NCBI GenBank assembly: GCA_965199715.1
Contig: CBDATA010000001.1
Span: 64,001-128,000, forward strand
Direction of reading: 5' to 3'
Length of the DNA: 64,000 nucleotides
DNA from: Vicinamibacteria bacterium
GTDB lineage: Bacteria > Acidobacteriota > Vicinamibacteria > Marinacidobacterales > Marinacidobacteraceae
A model generated the notes under the pieces. It ran no database searches. It saw nothing but the letters and a program-made list of their open reading frames with translations, and was not told the origin of the DNA. Position 1 is the stretch's first letter. Each line of letters opens with the position of its first letter. This document shows positions 47,529 through 56,875 of this stretch, piece after piece. The translations under genes and the position numbers were made by a program.

Positions 47529-47529
47529 C

Positions 47530-48489
47530 ATGGACATCCTGCGCGACACCCGGATCGACTGGCTGAAGTACCGCTGGTGGTTCGCCTCGGCGTCCATCGT
47601 GGTGTTCGTCGCCGGCGCGATCAGCATGTTACAGGCCGGCGGGCTGCGGTACGGCATCGACTTCTCCGAGGGCACGCAGGTCGTGGCCAAGTTCGCGCAG
47701 AGCCCGGAGATCGAACAGGTCCGGTCCACGGTCTCGGCGATCGGCTACGGCGACGCGGTCATCCAGCGATACGACGACCCGGAGCTGAACCAGGTGATGA
47801 TCCGGATCGGGCGCGAGGCGAGCGAGGGGGAGGCCATCGACGAGGCGGCCGGCGAGATCCTCGAGGCGCTGCGCACCGGCATGGAGGGCAACGAGCTGGA
47901 GTCGGCCAGCACCGAGATCGTCGGGCCGGTCATCGGCGAGGAGCTCCGCCGCCGGGCCCGCAACGCCACCATCCTCGCGCTCTTCGCGATGCTGATCTAC
48001 ATCGGCTTCCGCTTCGAGCCGGTGTACGGGGTCGGGGCCACCGTGGCGGTGGTCCACGACGTGGTGCTGACGCTGGCGCTGGTGTCGCTGTTCGGCTACG
48101 AGATCAGCCTGAACGTGCTCGCCGGGTTCATGACGCTCGTCGGCTATTCGGTGAACGACACGATCGTCATCTTCGATCGGGTGCGCGAGAACCGCCGGAT
48201 CCATCGGCGCCTGACCCTCACCGGGATCGTGAACCTCTCGATCAACCAGACGCTGCGGCGCACGGTGCTGACCTCGGGCCTCACGATCGTGGCCACCGGG
48301 GCGCTCTTCGTCTGGGGCGGCGAGGTGCTGCGGGGCTTCTCGTTCGTGATGGTCGCCGGCGTGATCGTGGGAACCTTCTCCTCGATCGCGATCGCGTCCC
48401 CCCTCGTGATCTGGTGGCACGGGTTCCGGTCCCGGAGCGAGGCGTCAGGCGAGGACCGGGGGCCGAAGCCGCAAGCCGCCCGGGTCTGA
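47530..48489 (+). CDS. secF: Protein translocase subunit SecF
   Basis: GIDFSEGT, VGP.IG.EL, HDV, GYSVNDTIVIFDRVREN, QTL.RT. Confidence 0.96.
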   Translation: MDILRDTRIDWLKYRWWFASASIVVFVAGAISMLQAGGLRYGIDFSEGTQVVAKFAQSPEIEQVRSTVSAIGYGDAVIQRYDDPELNQVMIRIGREASEGEAIDEAAGEILEALRTGMEGNELESASTEIVGPVIGEELRRRARNATILALFAMLIYIGFRFEPVYGVGATVAVVHDVVLTLALVSLFGYEISLNVLAGFMTLVGYSVNDTIVIFDRVRENRRIHRRLTLTGIVNLSINQTLRRTVLTSGLTIVATGALFVWGGEVLRGFSFVMVAGVIVGTFSSIAIASPLVIWWHGFRSRSEASGEDRGPKPQAARV

Positions 48490-48550
48490 TTCCTCCCGGC
48501 GCTGGACAGGGCGCCGGCGGACGGCGCACACTTGGGGTCTGAGGATCCCA

Positions 48551-49309
48551 ATGCGGAAACGAGAGCCCGAGGCCGCCGCGCTGGGTCGTCTCGACGCCCC
48601 TCCCCTGCGGTCGGGCAGCATGCGGTTCGCGCTGCCGATCGGGGTGGGGCTGCATCTCGCGGTCGGGCTGGCGCTCACGCTGGAGGCGGCGCGGTTCCGC
48701 TCGGCGCAGCTTCCGCCGTTCGCCCCGCTCGCGATCCGGCTCGCGCCGCCGCCCGCCGAGGGCCTGCGCAGCGGGGATCCGGCCTCGCTCGCGACGGACG
48801 ACGGCGCCGAGCGAAGCGCGGCGCGCCGAGCGCCGGACCGAAGCGCCCTGCTGGCGATGCTGGACCGGATCCCCCCGCCCGAACCGGCTCCGTTCGGCTT
48901 CGAGAACGGCCTCCCGGAAGGATCGCTGACCGGTTTCCCGGACGGGCTGCCCGAGGGCGTGCTCGGCGGCCTTCCGGGCGGCGTTCCCGGCGGGATCATC
49001 GGGGCGCCTGGGGGGGCCGCCGATCCGACGGTTCCGCCGCCCGACCGTCCGCCGGTCCCGCTGTTGACTCCGCGCCCCCGGTTTCCCGAGGAAGCGGTGC
49101 GCAACGGCGTGCGCGGCCGGGTGGTCCTGCGGGCGCTCATCACCGAACGCGGGACGGTCGAGGTGCTGCGGGTGCTGCGGTCGGTGCCCGAGCTGGACCA
49201 GGCGGCCACTCGGCTCGTGGAGGCGGAATGGCGCTTCCGGCCGGCGGAGCGCAACGGACGGCCCGTGGCGGCGCTGAGCGATCTCGTGATCCGGTTCAAC
49301 CTCCGCTGA
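48551..49309 (+). CDS. Energy transducer TonB (divergent paralog)
   Basis: N-terminal TM with His, G/P-rich GGVPGG linker, C-terminal P.FPE.A...GV.G.V...WRF.PA..NG.PV. Confidence 0.8.
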   Translation: MRKREPEAAALGRLDAPPLRSGSMRFALPIGVGLHLAVGLALTLEAARFRSAQLPPFAPLAIRLAPPPAEGLRSGDPASLATDDGAERSAARRAPDRSALLAMLDRIPPPEPAPFGFENGLPEGSLTGFPDGLPEGVLGGLPGGVPGGIIGAPGGAADPTVPPPDRPPVPLLTPRPRFPEEAVRNGVRGRVVLRALITERGTVEVLRVLRSVPELDQAATRLVEAEWRFRPAERNGRPVAALSDLVIRFNLR

Positions 49310-49371
49310 TCCCGGCTTCGCGCGGGCGGGTTTCGGGCGGCTTGGGCGGGCCGCCGCCACGCAAGCGCCGG

Positions 49372-49400
49372 TTGACAGCGCAAGCGCCCGATGCTATTTT
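49372..49400 (+). promoter_or_regulatory. Sigma70-type promoter upstream of tonB-exbB-exbD-exbD-TPR
   Basis: TTGACA (49372-49377), 17-nt spacer, TGc-TATTTT (49395-49400). Confidence 0.7.
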
Positions 49401-49498
49401 CCGCACTTGCCCTCGGGGCCAACGGCCCGTCCGGGGATGCCTGCCGAAGCGCCTTCCAGCGCTCGAAAACCGTCCCTCCCCAAGGGAAGGAGCTCGCG

Positions 49499-50212
49499 TT
49501 GCCACGAAGTCCCAATTTTCACGTTTCCGGCGAGGATGGCGGCGCGGCCCGCTCCGCCGGGAGTTTCGCCGTTTCGCTCTTCCTCCAGGGGACGCTTCTG
49601 GTGGTCGCGATCGTCATCCCGATCCTGACCTACAGCCTCCCGACCCCCGAGGGGATCATGACGTTCATGGCGCAGGCGCCTCCGCCGCCCCCGCCGCCGC
49701 CCCCGCCGCCCCCGCCGAAGCAGGTGCGCCGGGCCGCTCCGAAGCCCGTGCTCAACACCACGCCGCAGTTCGTGGCCCCCGTGGACATTCCCGATGACAT
49801 CGGCATGGACTCGGGCGTGGACTTCGGCGTTCCCGGCGGAGTCGAGGGCGGAGTTCCCGGCGGCGTGATCGGCGGCATCGTGGGCGGACTTCCGTCCGGC
49901 CCCCCGCCCCCGCCGCCCAAGGCCGCTCCGGTCCGGGTCGGCGGAGAGATCCGCGAGCCGACCAAGACGGTCCACGTGGATCCGGTGTATCCCGAGATCG
50001 CCAAACAGGCGCGCGTCTCGGGCGTGGTCATCCTCGAAGCCATCATCGATCCGAATGGCAACGTGACCAACATCACCGTCCTGCGCTCCATCCCGCTGCT
50101 CGACCAAGCGGCCATGGACGCGGTCCGTCAGTGGCGCTACCAGCCCACCCTGCTCAACGGCGTTCCGGTGCCCATCGTCATGACGGTCACCGTGCAGTTC
50201 AACCTCGGATAA
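49499..50212 (+). CDS. tonB: Energy transducer TonB
   Basis: SD AAGGAG then TTG 49499; TM, poly-Pro, GGVEGGVPGGVIGG, VRVGG, PVYPEIAKQARVSGVV, QWRYQPTLLNG. Confidence 0.88.
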   Translation: MPRSPNFHVSGEDGGAARSAGSFAVSLFLQGTLLVVAIVIPILTYSLPTPEGIMTFMAQAPPPPPPPPPPPPPKQVRRAAPKPVLNTTPQFVAPVDIPDDIGMDSGVDFGVPGGVEGGVPGGVIGGIVGGLPSGPPPPPPKAAPVRVGGEIREPTKTVHVDPVYPEIAKQARVSGVVILEAIIDPNGNVTNITVLRSIPLLDQAAMDAVRQWRYQPTLLNGVPVPIVMTVTVQFNLG

Positions 50213-50305
50213 GGGTAGAACCGGGAACCCGCTTTTTCCGCGTTTTCGCGCCGCGGCGGGCCGCGGCGCGGAGGCGCCCGTTTCCACCCCAGGAGGAGAT
50301 TGGAA

Positions 50306-50974
50306 ATGTCTTTCGACCTGCTTGAGATCTGGAACCACATGGGTCCGGCGGCCAAGCTCATCAACGCGGTCATGGCCGTCATGTCGGTGTACTCGCTCTC
50401 GGTCATGTTCGAGCGCGGGATCACCTATCGCCGGGCGCGTTCGCAGTCCCGGAACTACTCCCCGAAGGTAGCCAAGGAGCTCAAGGCGGGCGACATCGCG
50501 AAGGCGATCAAGATCAGCCAGGACAAGTCCGTCAAGAACAGCCACATGGCGAAGGTGCTGCTCGCCGGCATGCAGGAGATCCGCTACCAGGACGACGATG
50601 CGGGCGGCAATCGGACCGAGACCGTGGCCGCGGCCAACCGCGCCATCCAGCGCGCGACCGCGATCAGCATGATGGACCTCCGCCGGAACCTTTCCGGCTT
50701 GGCGACCGTCGGCGCGACGGCCCCGTTCGTGGGCCTGCTCGGCACCGTGCTCGGCATCATCACCGCGTTCCGCGGCATGGCGCTGACCGGTTCGGGCGGA
50801 ATCGGCGCGGTCTCCGCGGGAATCGCCGAGGCGCTCATCGCGACCGCGTTCGGCCTCTTCGTGGCCATCCCGGCGGTGTGGGCGTTCAACTACCTCACCA
50901 ACCGGGCGGACGGCTTCGGCGTCGAGATGGACAACGGCGCCTCCGAGCTGATCGACTTCATGGTGCGCCGCTGA
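50306..50974 (+). CDS. exbB: MotA/TolQ/ExbB proton channel protein
   Basis: LATVGATAPFVGLLGTVLGI, GIAEALIATAFGLFVAIPA; SD AGGAGGAG. Confidence 0.9.
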   Translation: MSFDLLEIWNHMGPAAKLINAVMAVMSVYSLSVMFERGITYRRARSQSRNYSPKVAKELKAGDIAKAIKISQDKSVKNSHMAKVLLAGMQEIRYQDDDAGGNRTETVAAANRAIQRATAISMMDLRRNLSGLATVGATAPFVGLLGTVLGIITAFRGMALTGSGGIGAVSAGIAEALIATAFGLFVAIPAVWAFNYLTNRADGFGVEMDNGASELIDFMVRR

Positions 50975-51087
50975 CGCGGCGACGCTGGAGTTCGCCACGG
51001 TAGCCACAGCTTCGGTCCCAGTGCTTCCGGGTTCCCAGGGGATCCCGGAAGCGGCGGGCTGACGCAGTTTCCAGAGGAGAAATCGTC

Positions 51088-51501
51088 ATGGGCATGGCAG
51101 GTCTTGGAGACAAGAACGTCAACGCCAACATCAACGTGACGCCGCTCGCCGACGTCATGCTGGTCCTCTTGATCATTTTCATGGTGGTGACGCCGCTCCT
51201 GCAAAAGGGCGTGGACGTCAAGCTGCCGATCGCCGAGTACGGCATCGACCACCCTGACAACGACAACGTCGTGCAGGTCGCGGTCACGCTGGACAGCTCG
51301 CTCTTCCTCGATCAGGTGCCGGTCACCGAGCTCGAGCTGCCCACGGCGCTTGCGGACAAGTTCGCGCTGAAGTCCGAGCGGGTGCTCTACCTGAAGGCCG
51401 ACGAGCGCCTCGAGTACCGGGACGTGATGCGGGTGATGGAGCTCTGCCGGGACGGCGGGGCCGACGAGATCGGCCTCATCACCGAACGCGCCACCGAGTA
51501 G
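51088..51501 (+). CDS. exbD: ExbD/TolR family protein 1
   Basis: INVTPLADVMLVLLIIFMVVTP, LKAD. Confidence 0.9.
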   Translation: MGMAGLGDKNVNANINVTPLADVMLVLLIIFMVVTPLLQKGVDVKLPIAEYGIDHPDNDNVVQVAVTLDSSLFLDQVPVTELELPTALADKFALKSERVLYLKADERLEYRDVMRVMELCRDGGADEIGLITERATE

Positions 51502-51531
51502 CCGGGCGAACCCCGTCAAGGAGAACACATC

Positions 51532-51939
51532 ATGGGAATGTCAGGAATCGGCTCCGGCGGAGTCACGTCCGACATCAACATCACTCCGCTCATCGATGTC
51601 CTGCTGGTGCTGCTCATCATCTTCATGGTGGTGACCCCGCTTACGCAGCAGGGGCATGACGTGGAGATGCCCGAGGCGCAGGACGCCGCCGCGGCGGCGG
51701 CCGAGCCGGATCCGAACCAGCTCGTCCTGAGCATCGACGCCGCGAACCAGCTCACGATCAACAAGCAGGTCGTGGCGCGCGAGGAGCTCCCGCTCCGGAT
51801 TCGCGACATCTTCGAGACCCGCGCCGACAAGACGCTCTTCCTGAAGGCCTTCGGCGGCCTCGAGTACGGGCGCGTCGTCGAGGTGCTGGACGTGATCCGC
51901 GGCAACGGCGTGGAGCGCGTCGGGATCGTCCCCGAATAG
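51532..51939 (+). CDS. exbD: ExbD/TolR family protein 2
   Basis: INITPLIDVLLVLLIIFMVVTP. Confidence 0.9.
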   Translation: MGMSGIGSGGVTSDINITPLIDVLLVLLIIFMVVTPLTQQGHDVEMPEAQDAAAAAAEPDPNQLVLSIDAANQLTINKQVVAREELPLRIRDIFETRADKTLFLKAFGGLEYGRVVEVLDVIRGNGVERVGIVPE

Positions 51940-51957
51940 GGGATGGGAGTAACCACA

Positions 51958-53040
51958 ATGACCCGCTCTTTCAGGCTCTTGCCGCTGGCGCTCGGGCTGG
52001 CCGTCTTCACGACCGGCTGCGGCGTCGGCGGTTTCTTCAACGAGCTTTCCGCGCTCCGGGCGTTCCAGCGGGCGAACCTCGCCTACCAGAACCAGGAGTA
52101 CGAGGAGGCCCTCGCCGAGTACAACGCGGCGATGCCGAACGCGCCGATGGACGACCCGATCGTCCAGACGACGCTCCGCTTCTTCTCCGCGAGCTCCAAC
52201 CACCTCCTCTACAACCCGGGGGCCGTGGACGACCCCGAGAACGAGTCGCGGATCGCGACCGCCCGGCAGTTGTACGAGGAGACGCTCGACGTCGTCCGGG
52301 AAGCGAGCAACGACCCGAGCCTCGACGACGAGCAGCGCGAGCTGATCGCCACCTTCGAGCGCTACTCCTCGGAGCAGCTCGCGGCGATCCACCGGGACGT
52401 GCTTCGGGATCTCGGGGAGGCCGAGAAGTACTTCAATCGGCTGATCGAGCTCGATCCGAACGAACCCGGGCGCTACTACGCGCTGGCCGATCTCTATGAG
52501 CGGTTCCACGACGAGGAAGAGAACCCGCTGATCGACAAGGTGGTCGCCGCCTACGAGAAGCCGGTGGAGATGAACCCGCAGGATCCGATCGGCTACCGGC
52601 AGGTCGCCAACCTCCTCAACAAGTACGGTCGTTTCGACGAGACGATGGAATGGCTCGGCAGGGCGCGGGACGTCAATCCCGACAACCCCGAGGGCTACTA
52701 CCTGATCTCGACGTACTACTGGGACAAGGTGTACCGGGACCCGGACCTGACCTCGGGCCAGCGCTCCGACTACATCGACCTCGGAATCGAGCAGCTCGAC
52801 GTGGCGCTCGAGATCAACGCCGACTACGTGGACGCGCTCGTGTACAAGAACCTGCTCCTTCGCGAAAAGGCCAAGACCGATCCGCGCAACGCCAACGCGT
52901 ACATCGCCGAGGCGGACACCTACCGCGCCCGCGCGCTCGAGCTGCGCGAGGCCCAGCAGGAAGCCCAGCGAGCGGCGGCGGCGGCAGCGGCCGAAGCCGC
53001 AGCCAGCGGAGCCGCCACCGCGGCGGAGGAGCCCCAATAG
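51958..53040 (+). CDS. TPR-repeat lipoprotein
   Basis: Lipobox TTGC, multiple TPR-like repeats, Ala-rich tail; SD GGGAG. Confidence 0.85.
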   Translation: MTRSFRLLPLALGLAVFTTGCGVGGFFNELSALRAFQRANLAYQNQEYEEALAEYNAAMPNAPMDDPIVQTTLRFFSASSNHLLYNPGAVDDPENESRIATARQLYEETLDVVREASNDPSLDDEQRELIATFERYSSEQLAAIHRDVLRDLGEAEKYFNRLIELDPNEPGRYYALADLYERFHDEEENPLIDKVVAAYEKPVEMNPQDPIGYRQVANLLNKYGRFDETMEWLGRARDVNPDNPEGYYLISTYYWDKVYRDPDLTSGQRSDYIDLGIEQLDVALEINADYVDALVYKNLLLREKAKTDPRNANAYIAEADTYRARALELREAQQEAQRAAAAAAAEAAASGAATAAEEPQ

Positions 53041-53059
53041 GGAGCTCCGCCTTCTTTCA

Positions 53060-53099
53060 GCGCCGGCCGCGTCCTCGGATGCGGCCGGCGTTTTCGTTT
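53060..53099 (+). terminator. Rho-independent terminator after TPR gene
   Basis: CGCCGGCCGCGTC-CTCG-GATGCGGCCGGCG hairpin followed by TTTTCGTTT. Confidence 0.8.
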
Positions 53100-53170
53100 A
53101 GGCGACCCCCGACCGCCGGCTCCCCCCTAGAATCCGGGAAACGGCCCCGGCGGGGTCGGGACGGCGACGC

Positions 53171-55330
53171 ATGATCCGGTTCGAGACCATCTCCGAGAAG
53201 GTTCGCGAGTACCAGCCGGACGCCGACTTCGACTTCCTCCGCCGCGCCTACGTGGTAGCGGCGCAGGCGCACGGAGGCCAGACCCGGCGCAGCGGCGAGC
53301 CGTACCTCACCCACCCGCTCGAGGTCTCGGCGATCCTCGCCGACCTGCGGCTCGACGTGGTCACGGTCGCGTGCGGGCTGCTCCACGACGTCGTCGAGGA
53401 CACCGAGGTCACCGCCGCCGATCTGGAGCGTCGCTTCGGGCGCGACGTTCGCCAGATCATCGAGGGGCTCACCAAGCTGAGCAAGGTCGAGTTCGCCACG
53501 GCCGAGGCGAATCAGGCGGAAAACGTCCGGAAGATGGTCGTGGCGATGACCGACGACCTCCGGGTCATCCTCATCAAGCTGGCCGACCGCCTGCACAACA
53601 TGCGAACGCTCGGCCACCTGCGGGAGGAAAAACGTCGCCGGATCGCGACCGAGACCCTCGAGGTGTACGCGCCGCTCGCCGGACGCCTCGGGATGGGCCT
53701 CATTGAGGCCGAGCTGCAGAACCTCGCGCTGCGGTTCCTCGAACCCCAGACCTACGAGGTGCTGCGCGGGCGGGTCCAATCCAAGTCGCGGTGGGCCAAC
53801 GACTTCATCCGCCACATCACGAAGAGCCTCCAGCGCCGGATGCGGTCCGAGAACATCCCCGGCGAGATCTCCGGGCGCACCAAGAGCATCTACTCGATCT
53901 ACCAGAAGATGAAGCGGCAGGAGATCGAGCTGGATCAGATGTACGACTTCATCGCGCTGCGGGTGGTGACCGACACGGTCGCCCACTGCTACGCGACGCT
54001 CGGCGTGATCCACAACCTGTGGACTCCGATCCCCGGGCGCATCAAGGACTTCATCGCCAATCCCCGGCCCAATGCGTACCGGTCGCTCCACACCAGCCTG
54101 CTGACCGAATCGGGAACCCATTTCGAGGTCCAGATTCGCACGAGCGAGATGCACCGGGTGGCCGAAGACGGGATCGCCGCGCACTGGGGCTACAAGTCCT
54201 CGGCCCCCCAGGGCGAGGCGGAGGTCAAGAACTTCGCCTGGCTGCGCCAGGTGCTCGAATGGCAGAAGGAGGTCGAGGATCCCCACGAGTTCCTGAGCAG
54301 CCTCAAGATCGACCTCTATCCCGAGGAGGTCCACTGCTACACCCCCAAGGGGGAAATCAAGACCCTGCCCCGAGGCGCCACGCCCATCGACTTCGCCTAC
54401 GCCGTCCACACCGAGGTCGGCCACGAGTGCCAGAGCGCGCGCGTGAACGGCGCCATGGTGAACCTCGACTATCGGCTGCGCAACGGGGACATCTGCGAGA
54501 TCCTGACCCGCAAGAAGGGCCAACCGAGCGCGAAGTGGCTCGAGATCGCTCGCACGAACCGCGCCAAACGGCACATCCAGGCGCGGCTCAAGACCGAGGG
54601 GCGGCGGGAAAGCACGGCGCTCGGGAGGAAGCTGCTCGAGAAGGAGGCCGCGCGCTACGACCTCAGCCTTCGGCGGGTCCGATCGGCGGACGGGCTCTCC
54701 GACGTGCTGAGCCAGTACGGGTGCTCCGAGGTGAACGACCTGTTCGCGGCCATCGGCTACGGCCGGGTGCCGGCGGCGCGGGTGCTCGCCGCCTGCTTCC
54801 CGAAGCAGGAGCTCGGCGGCGGCGGAGCCGGGTTCTCGGCGGCCGTGCGTCGCATGATCGGCAGGGAGCCGGGACAGATCCAGGTAAGCGGGGTCGAAGA
54901 CGCCCTGGTGCGCCGCGCCGAATGCTGCTCGCCGCTCCCCGGGGAGGCGGTCACCGGGTACATCACCGAGGGCGCCGGCGTCGCGGTCCACGCCGTGCGC
55001 TGCCACCGGCTCGCGGACCTCGTGCAGGACCCCAACCGCCGGGTGGAAGTCACCTGGAAGCGCGCCGCCGGCGTCCGCCACGACACCGACTTCGTGGTCA
55101 AGGTCGAGAACCGCAAGGGGATCCTCGCGGACATCACGCGAGTCATCGCCGAGACGGACACCGACATCCGCACGGTGCGGGCGTTCGCCGACGACGACCG
55201 CCAGGGGACGATCCGGGTGGCCGTGGCCGTCGAGAGCGTGGCCGAGGCCAACCGGATCGAGAGCACGCTGCGGGCCGTGACCGGCGTGATCGAGGTGCGC
55301 CGGGGCAGCCCCGAGCCCGTCCCCGTCTGA
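53171..55330 (+). CDS. relA: Bifunctional (p)ppGpp synthetase/hydrolase Rel/SpoT
   Basis: R.SGEPY..HP, LLHDVVED, KLADRLHNMRT, RIKD, YRSLHT, EVQIRT, TGS (TPIDFAY.VHT), CC.P.PG, ACT. Confidence 0.95.
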   Translation: MIRFETISEKVREYQPDADFDFLRRAYVVAAQAHGGQTRRSGEPYLTHPLEVSAILADLRLDVVTVACGLLHDVVEDTEVTAADLERRFGRDVRQIIEGLTKLSKVEFATAEANQAENVRKMVVAMTDDLRVILIKLADRLHNMRTLGHLREEKRRRIATETLEVYAPLAGRLGMGLIEAELQNLALRFLEPQTYEVLRGRVQSKSRWANDFIRHITKSLQRRMRSENIPGEISGRTKSIYSIYQKMKRQEIELDQMYDFIALRVVTDTVAHCYATLGVIHNLWTPIPGRIKDFIANPRPNAYRSLHTSLLTESGTHFEVQIRTSEMHRVAEDGIAAHWGYKSSAPQGEAEVKNFAWLRQVLEWQKEVEDPHEFLSSLKIDLYPEEVHCYTPKGEIKTLPRGATPIDFAYAVHTEVGHECQSARVNGAMVNLDYRLRNGDICEILTRKKGQPSAKWLEIARTNRAKRHIQARLKTEGRRESTALGRKLLEKEAARYDLSLRRVRSADGLSDVLSQYGCSEVNDLFAAIGYGRVPAARVLAACFPKQELGGGGAGFSAAVRRMIGREPGQIQVSGVEDALVRRAECCSPLPGEAVTGYITEGAGVAVHAVRCHRLADLVQDPNRRVEVTWKRAAGVRHDTDFVVKVENRKGILADITRVIAETDTDIRTVRAFADDDRQGTIRVAVAVESVAEANRIESTLRAVTGVIEVRRGSPEPVPV

Positions 55331-55342
55331 GCGGGGTCTCGC

Positions 55343-56758
55343 TCAGGCCGCTCCGGCCTCCTTCGTCCGGGCGAGCCGCCGGAGCAGGTGGTGGCTGTAG
55401 ATGCCGGTGTCGTGACCGTCGTTCCACTGGATCCGCGTGCCGTAGTTCCCGACCGGGATGAGCTGCCTCGGAGCGAAGGTGGAAGGCAGGAGAAGCGTGA
55501 GCGAACGGCGCTCGCCGCTCCACTCGTCCACGCAGGTCGCGCAGGGGCAGTTGTTGCGCAGGTACTCGAATCCGAGCCGGTCCACCGCGCCGTCGCGCCA
55601 TCGCACTTCCACCGCGCCGTCCCGGGCGGTCACCGACTCCGGCTGGCCGTCGTCGCCGCCCTCGTGGAGGCGGGCCACCTCGAGCGACACCCGGCGCGCG
55701 AGGCGGCGCCACGCGTCCGCCGCCGGGCTCTCGGGATCCCGGATCACCGTGGGCCGGCCCTCGTCGCCCGCGGCGACGACCCGCGGATCGAGCGGCACGT
55801 CGCCGAGGAACGGGATGCCCAGATCGCCGGCGATCTCGGCGCCGCCGCCCGAGGCGAAGATCTCGGTCGTCTCCCCGCAGTGCGGACAGCGGAAGCCGCT
55901 CATGTTCTCGATGATCCCCAGCACCGGCACCTGCACCGGCTGGAACATGCGCAGCCCCTTCTCGGCGATCGTGCGGGCGACCGCCTGGGGCGTCGTGACG
56001 ATGACCGCCCCGGCGAGCGCCGCCGTCTGGGCGATGGTCAACTGCACGTCGCCGGTGCCCGGGGGGAGGTCCACGAGCAGGTAGTCCAGCTCGCCCCAGA
56101 CGACCCCGCTGAAGAACTGCTGGACCAGGCGCGAGGCCATCGGCCCCCGCCAGATGACCGGGGTCTCGCGCGACGAGAGCATCCCCATCGAGATGAAGCG
56201 GACGCCGTGGGCCGCGCGCGGCAGCAGACGCCGCCGGTCGTCGGTCTCGGGTTGGGCGTCCACGCCAAGCATCGTCGTCTGGGAAGGCCCGTACACGTCG
56301 GCGTCGAGGAGCCCGACCCGCGCGCCTTCGGCGGCGAGCGCCACCGCGAGGTTCGCGGAAACCGTGCTCTTGCCCACGCCGCCCTTTCCGGACGCGATCG
56401 CGACCACGTTCCTGACGCCGGGCGGTTTCGTGGGGGCCGGAGGCGGCCCGCCCCGGGCCGGTCCGGGCTTCGGCGGCGCCGCCGGCGCCGGCTTGCCGGA
56501 ATCGCGCACCCGCTGATCCAGCTTGACCTCCACGATCTCGAGCCCGGGCAGCCGCCGGAGCGCGTCCCCGGCCGCCTTGCGGATCGACTCCCCAGCCGCG
56601 CTCCCCACGTTCGGGAGCACGACGGTCACGGCGACCGCCGGCGCGCACACCCGAATGTCCGCCACCTGACCCAGCGACACGATGTCCCGGTCCTCGAATT
56701 CGGGGTTGGACACTCCGGAGAGCGCCTCCAAAACCTCGGTTTGGGTGATGCTCGGCAT
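55343..56758 (-). CDS. mrp: Mrp/ApbC Fe-S cluster carrier ATPase with N-terminal DUF59-like and C-terminal DUF971-like domains
   Basis: DIVSLG, SGKGGVGKST, DADVYGPS, WRGPM, DLPPGTGD, ENMS..CPHC; C-terminal YLRNNCPCATC, VGNY...W.DGHDTGIY. Confidence 0.92.
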   Translation of the reverse strand: MPSITQTEVLEALSGVSNPEFEDRDIVSLGQVADIRVCAPAVAVTVVLPNVGSAAGESIRKAAGDALRRLPGLEIVEVKLDQRVRDSGKPAPAAPPKPGPARGGPPPAPTKPPGVRNVVAIASGKGGVGKSTVSANLAVALAAEGARVGLLDADVYGPSQTTMLGVDAQPETDDRRRLLPRAAHGVRFISMGMLSSRETPVIWRGPMASRLVQQFFSGVVWGELDYLLVDLPPGTGDVQLTIAQTAALAGAVIVTTPQAVARTIAEKGLRMFQPVQVPVLGIIENMSGFRCPHCGETTEIFASGGGAEIAGDLGIPFLGDVPLDPRVVAAGDEGRPTVIRDPESPAADAWRRLARRVSLEVARLHEGGDDGQPESVTARDGAVEVRWRDGAVDRLGFEYLRNNCPCATCVDEWSGERRSLTLLLPSTFAPRQLIPVGNYGTRIQWNDGHDTGIYSHHLLRRLARTKEAGAA

Positions 56759-56875
56759 CAGAACCTCCCGCGTGTGGACCGTCCGCCGGGCGCGGCGGCT
56801 CCGTAAACTTCGACGACCGGTGCGGCGGGAAGCGTATCTTCCCGGCGCTGCGATCCGGGAAACGAGGAAACCCTG

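Noticed and set aside
49677-49920. CCG-rich and GGCGG repeats in tonB
   Set aside because: Encode ordinary poly-Pro and Gly-rich linkers; not CRISPR or contingency repeats.
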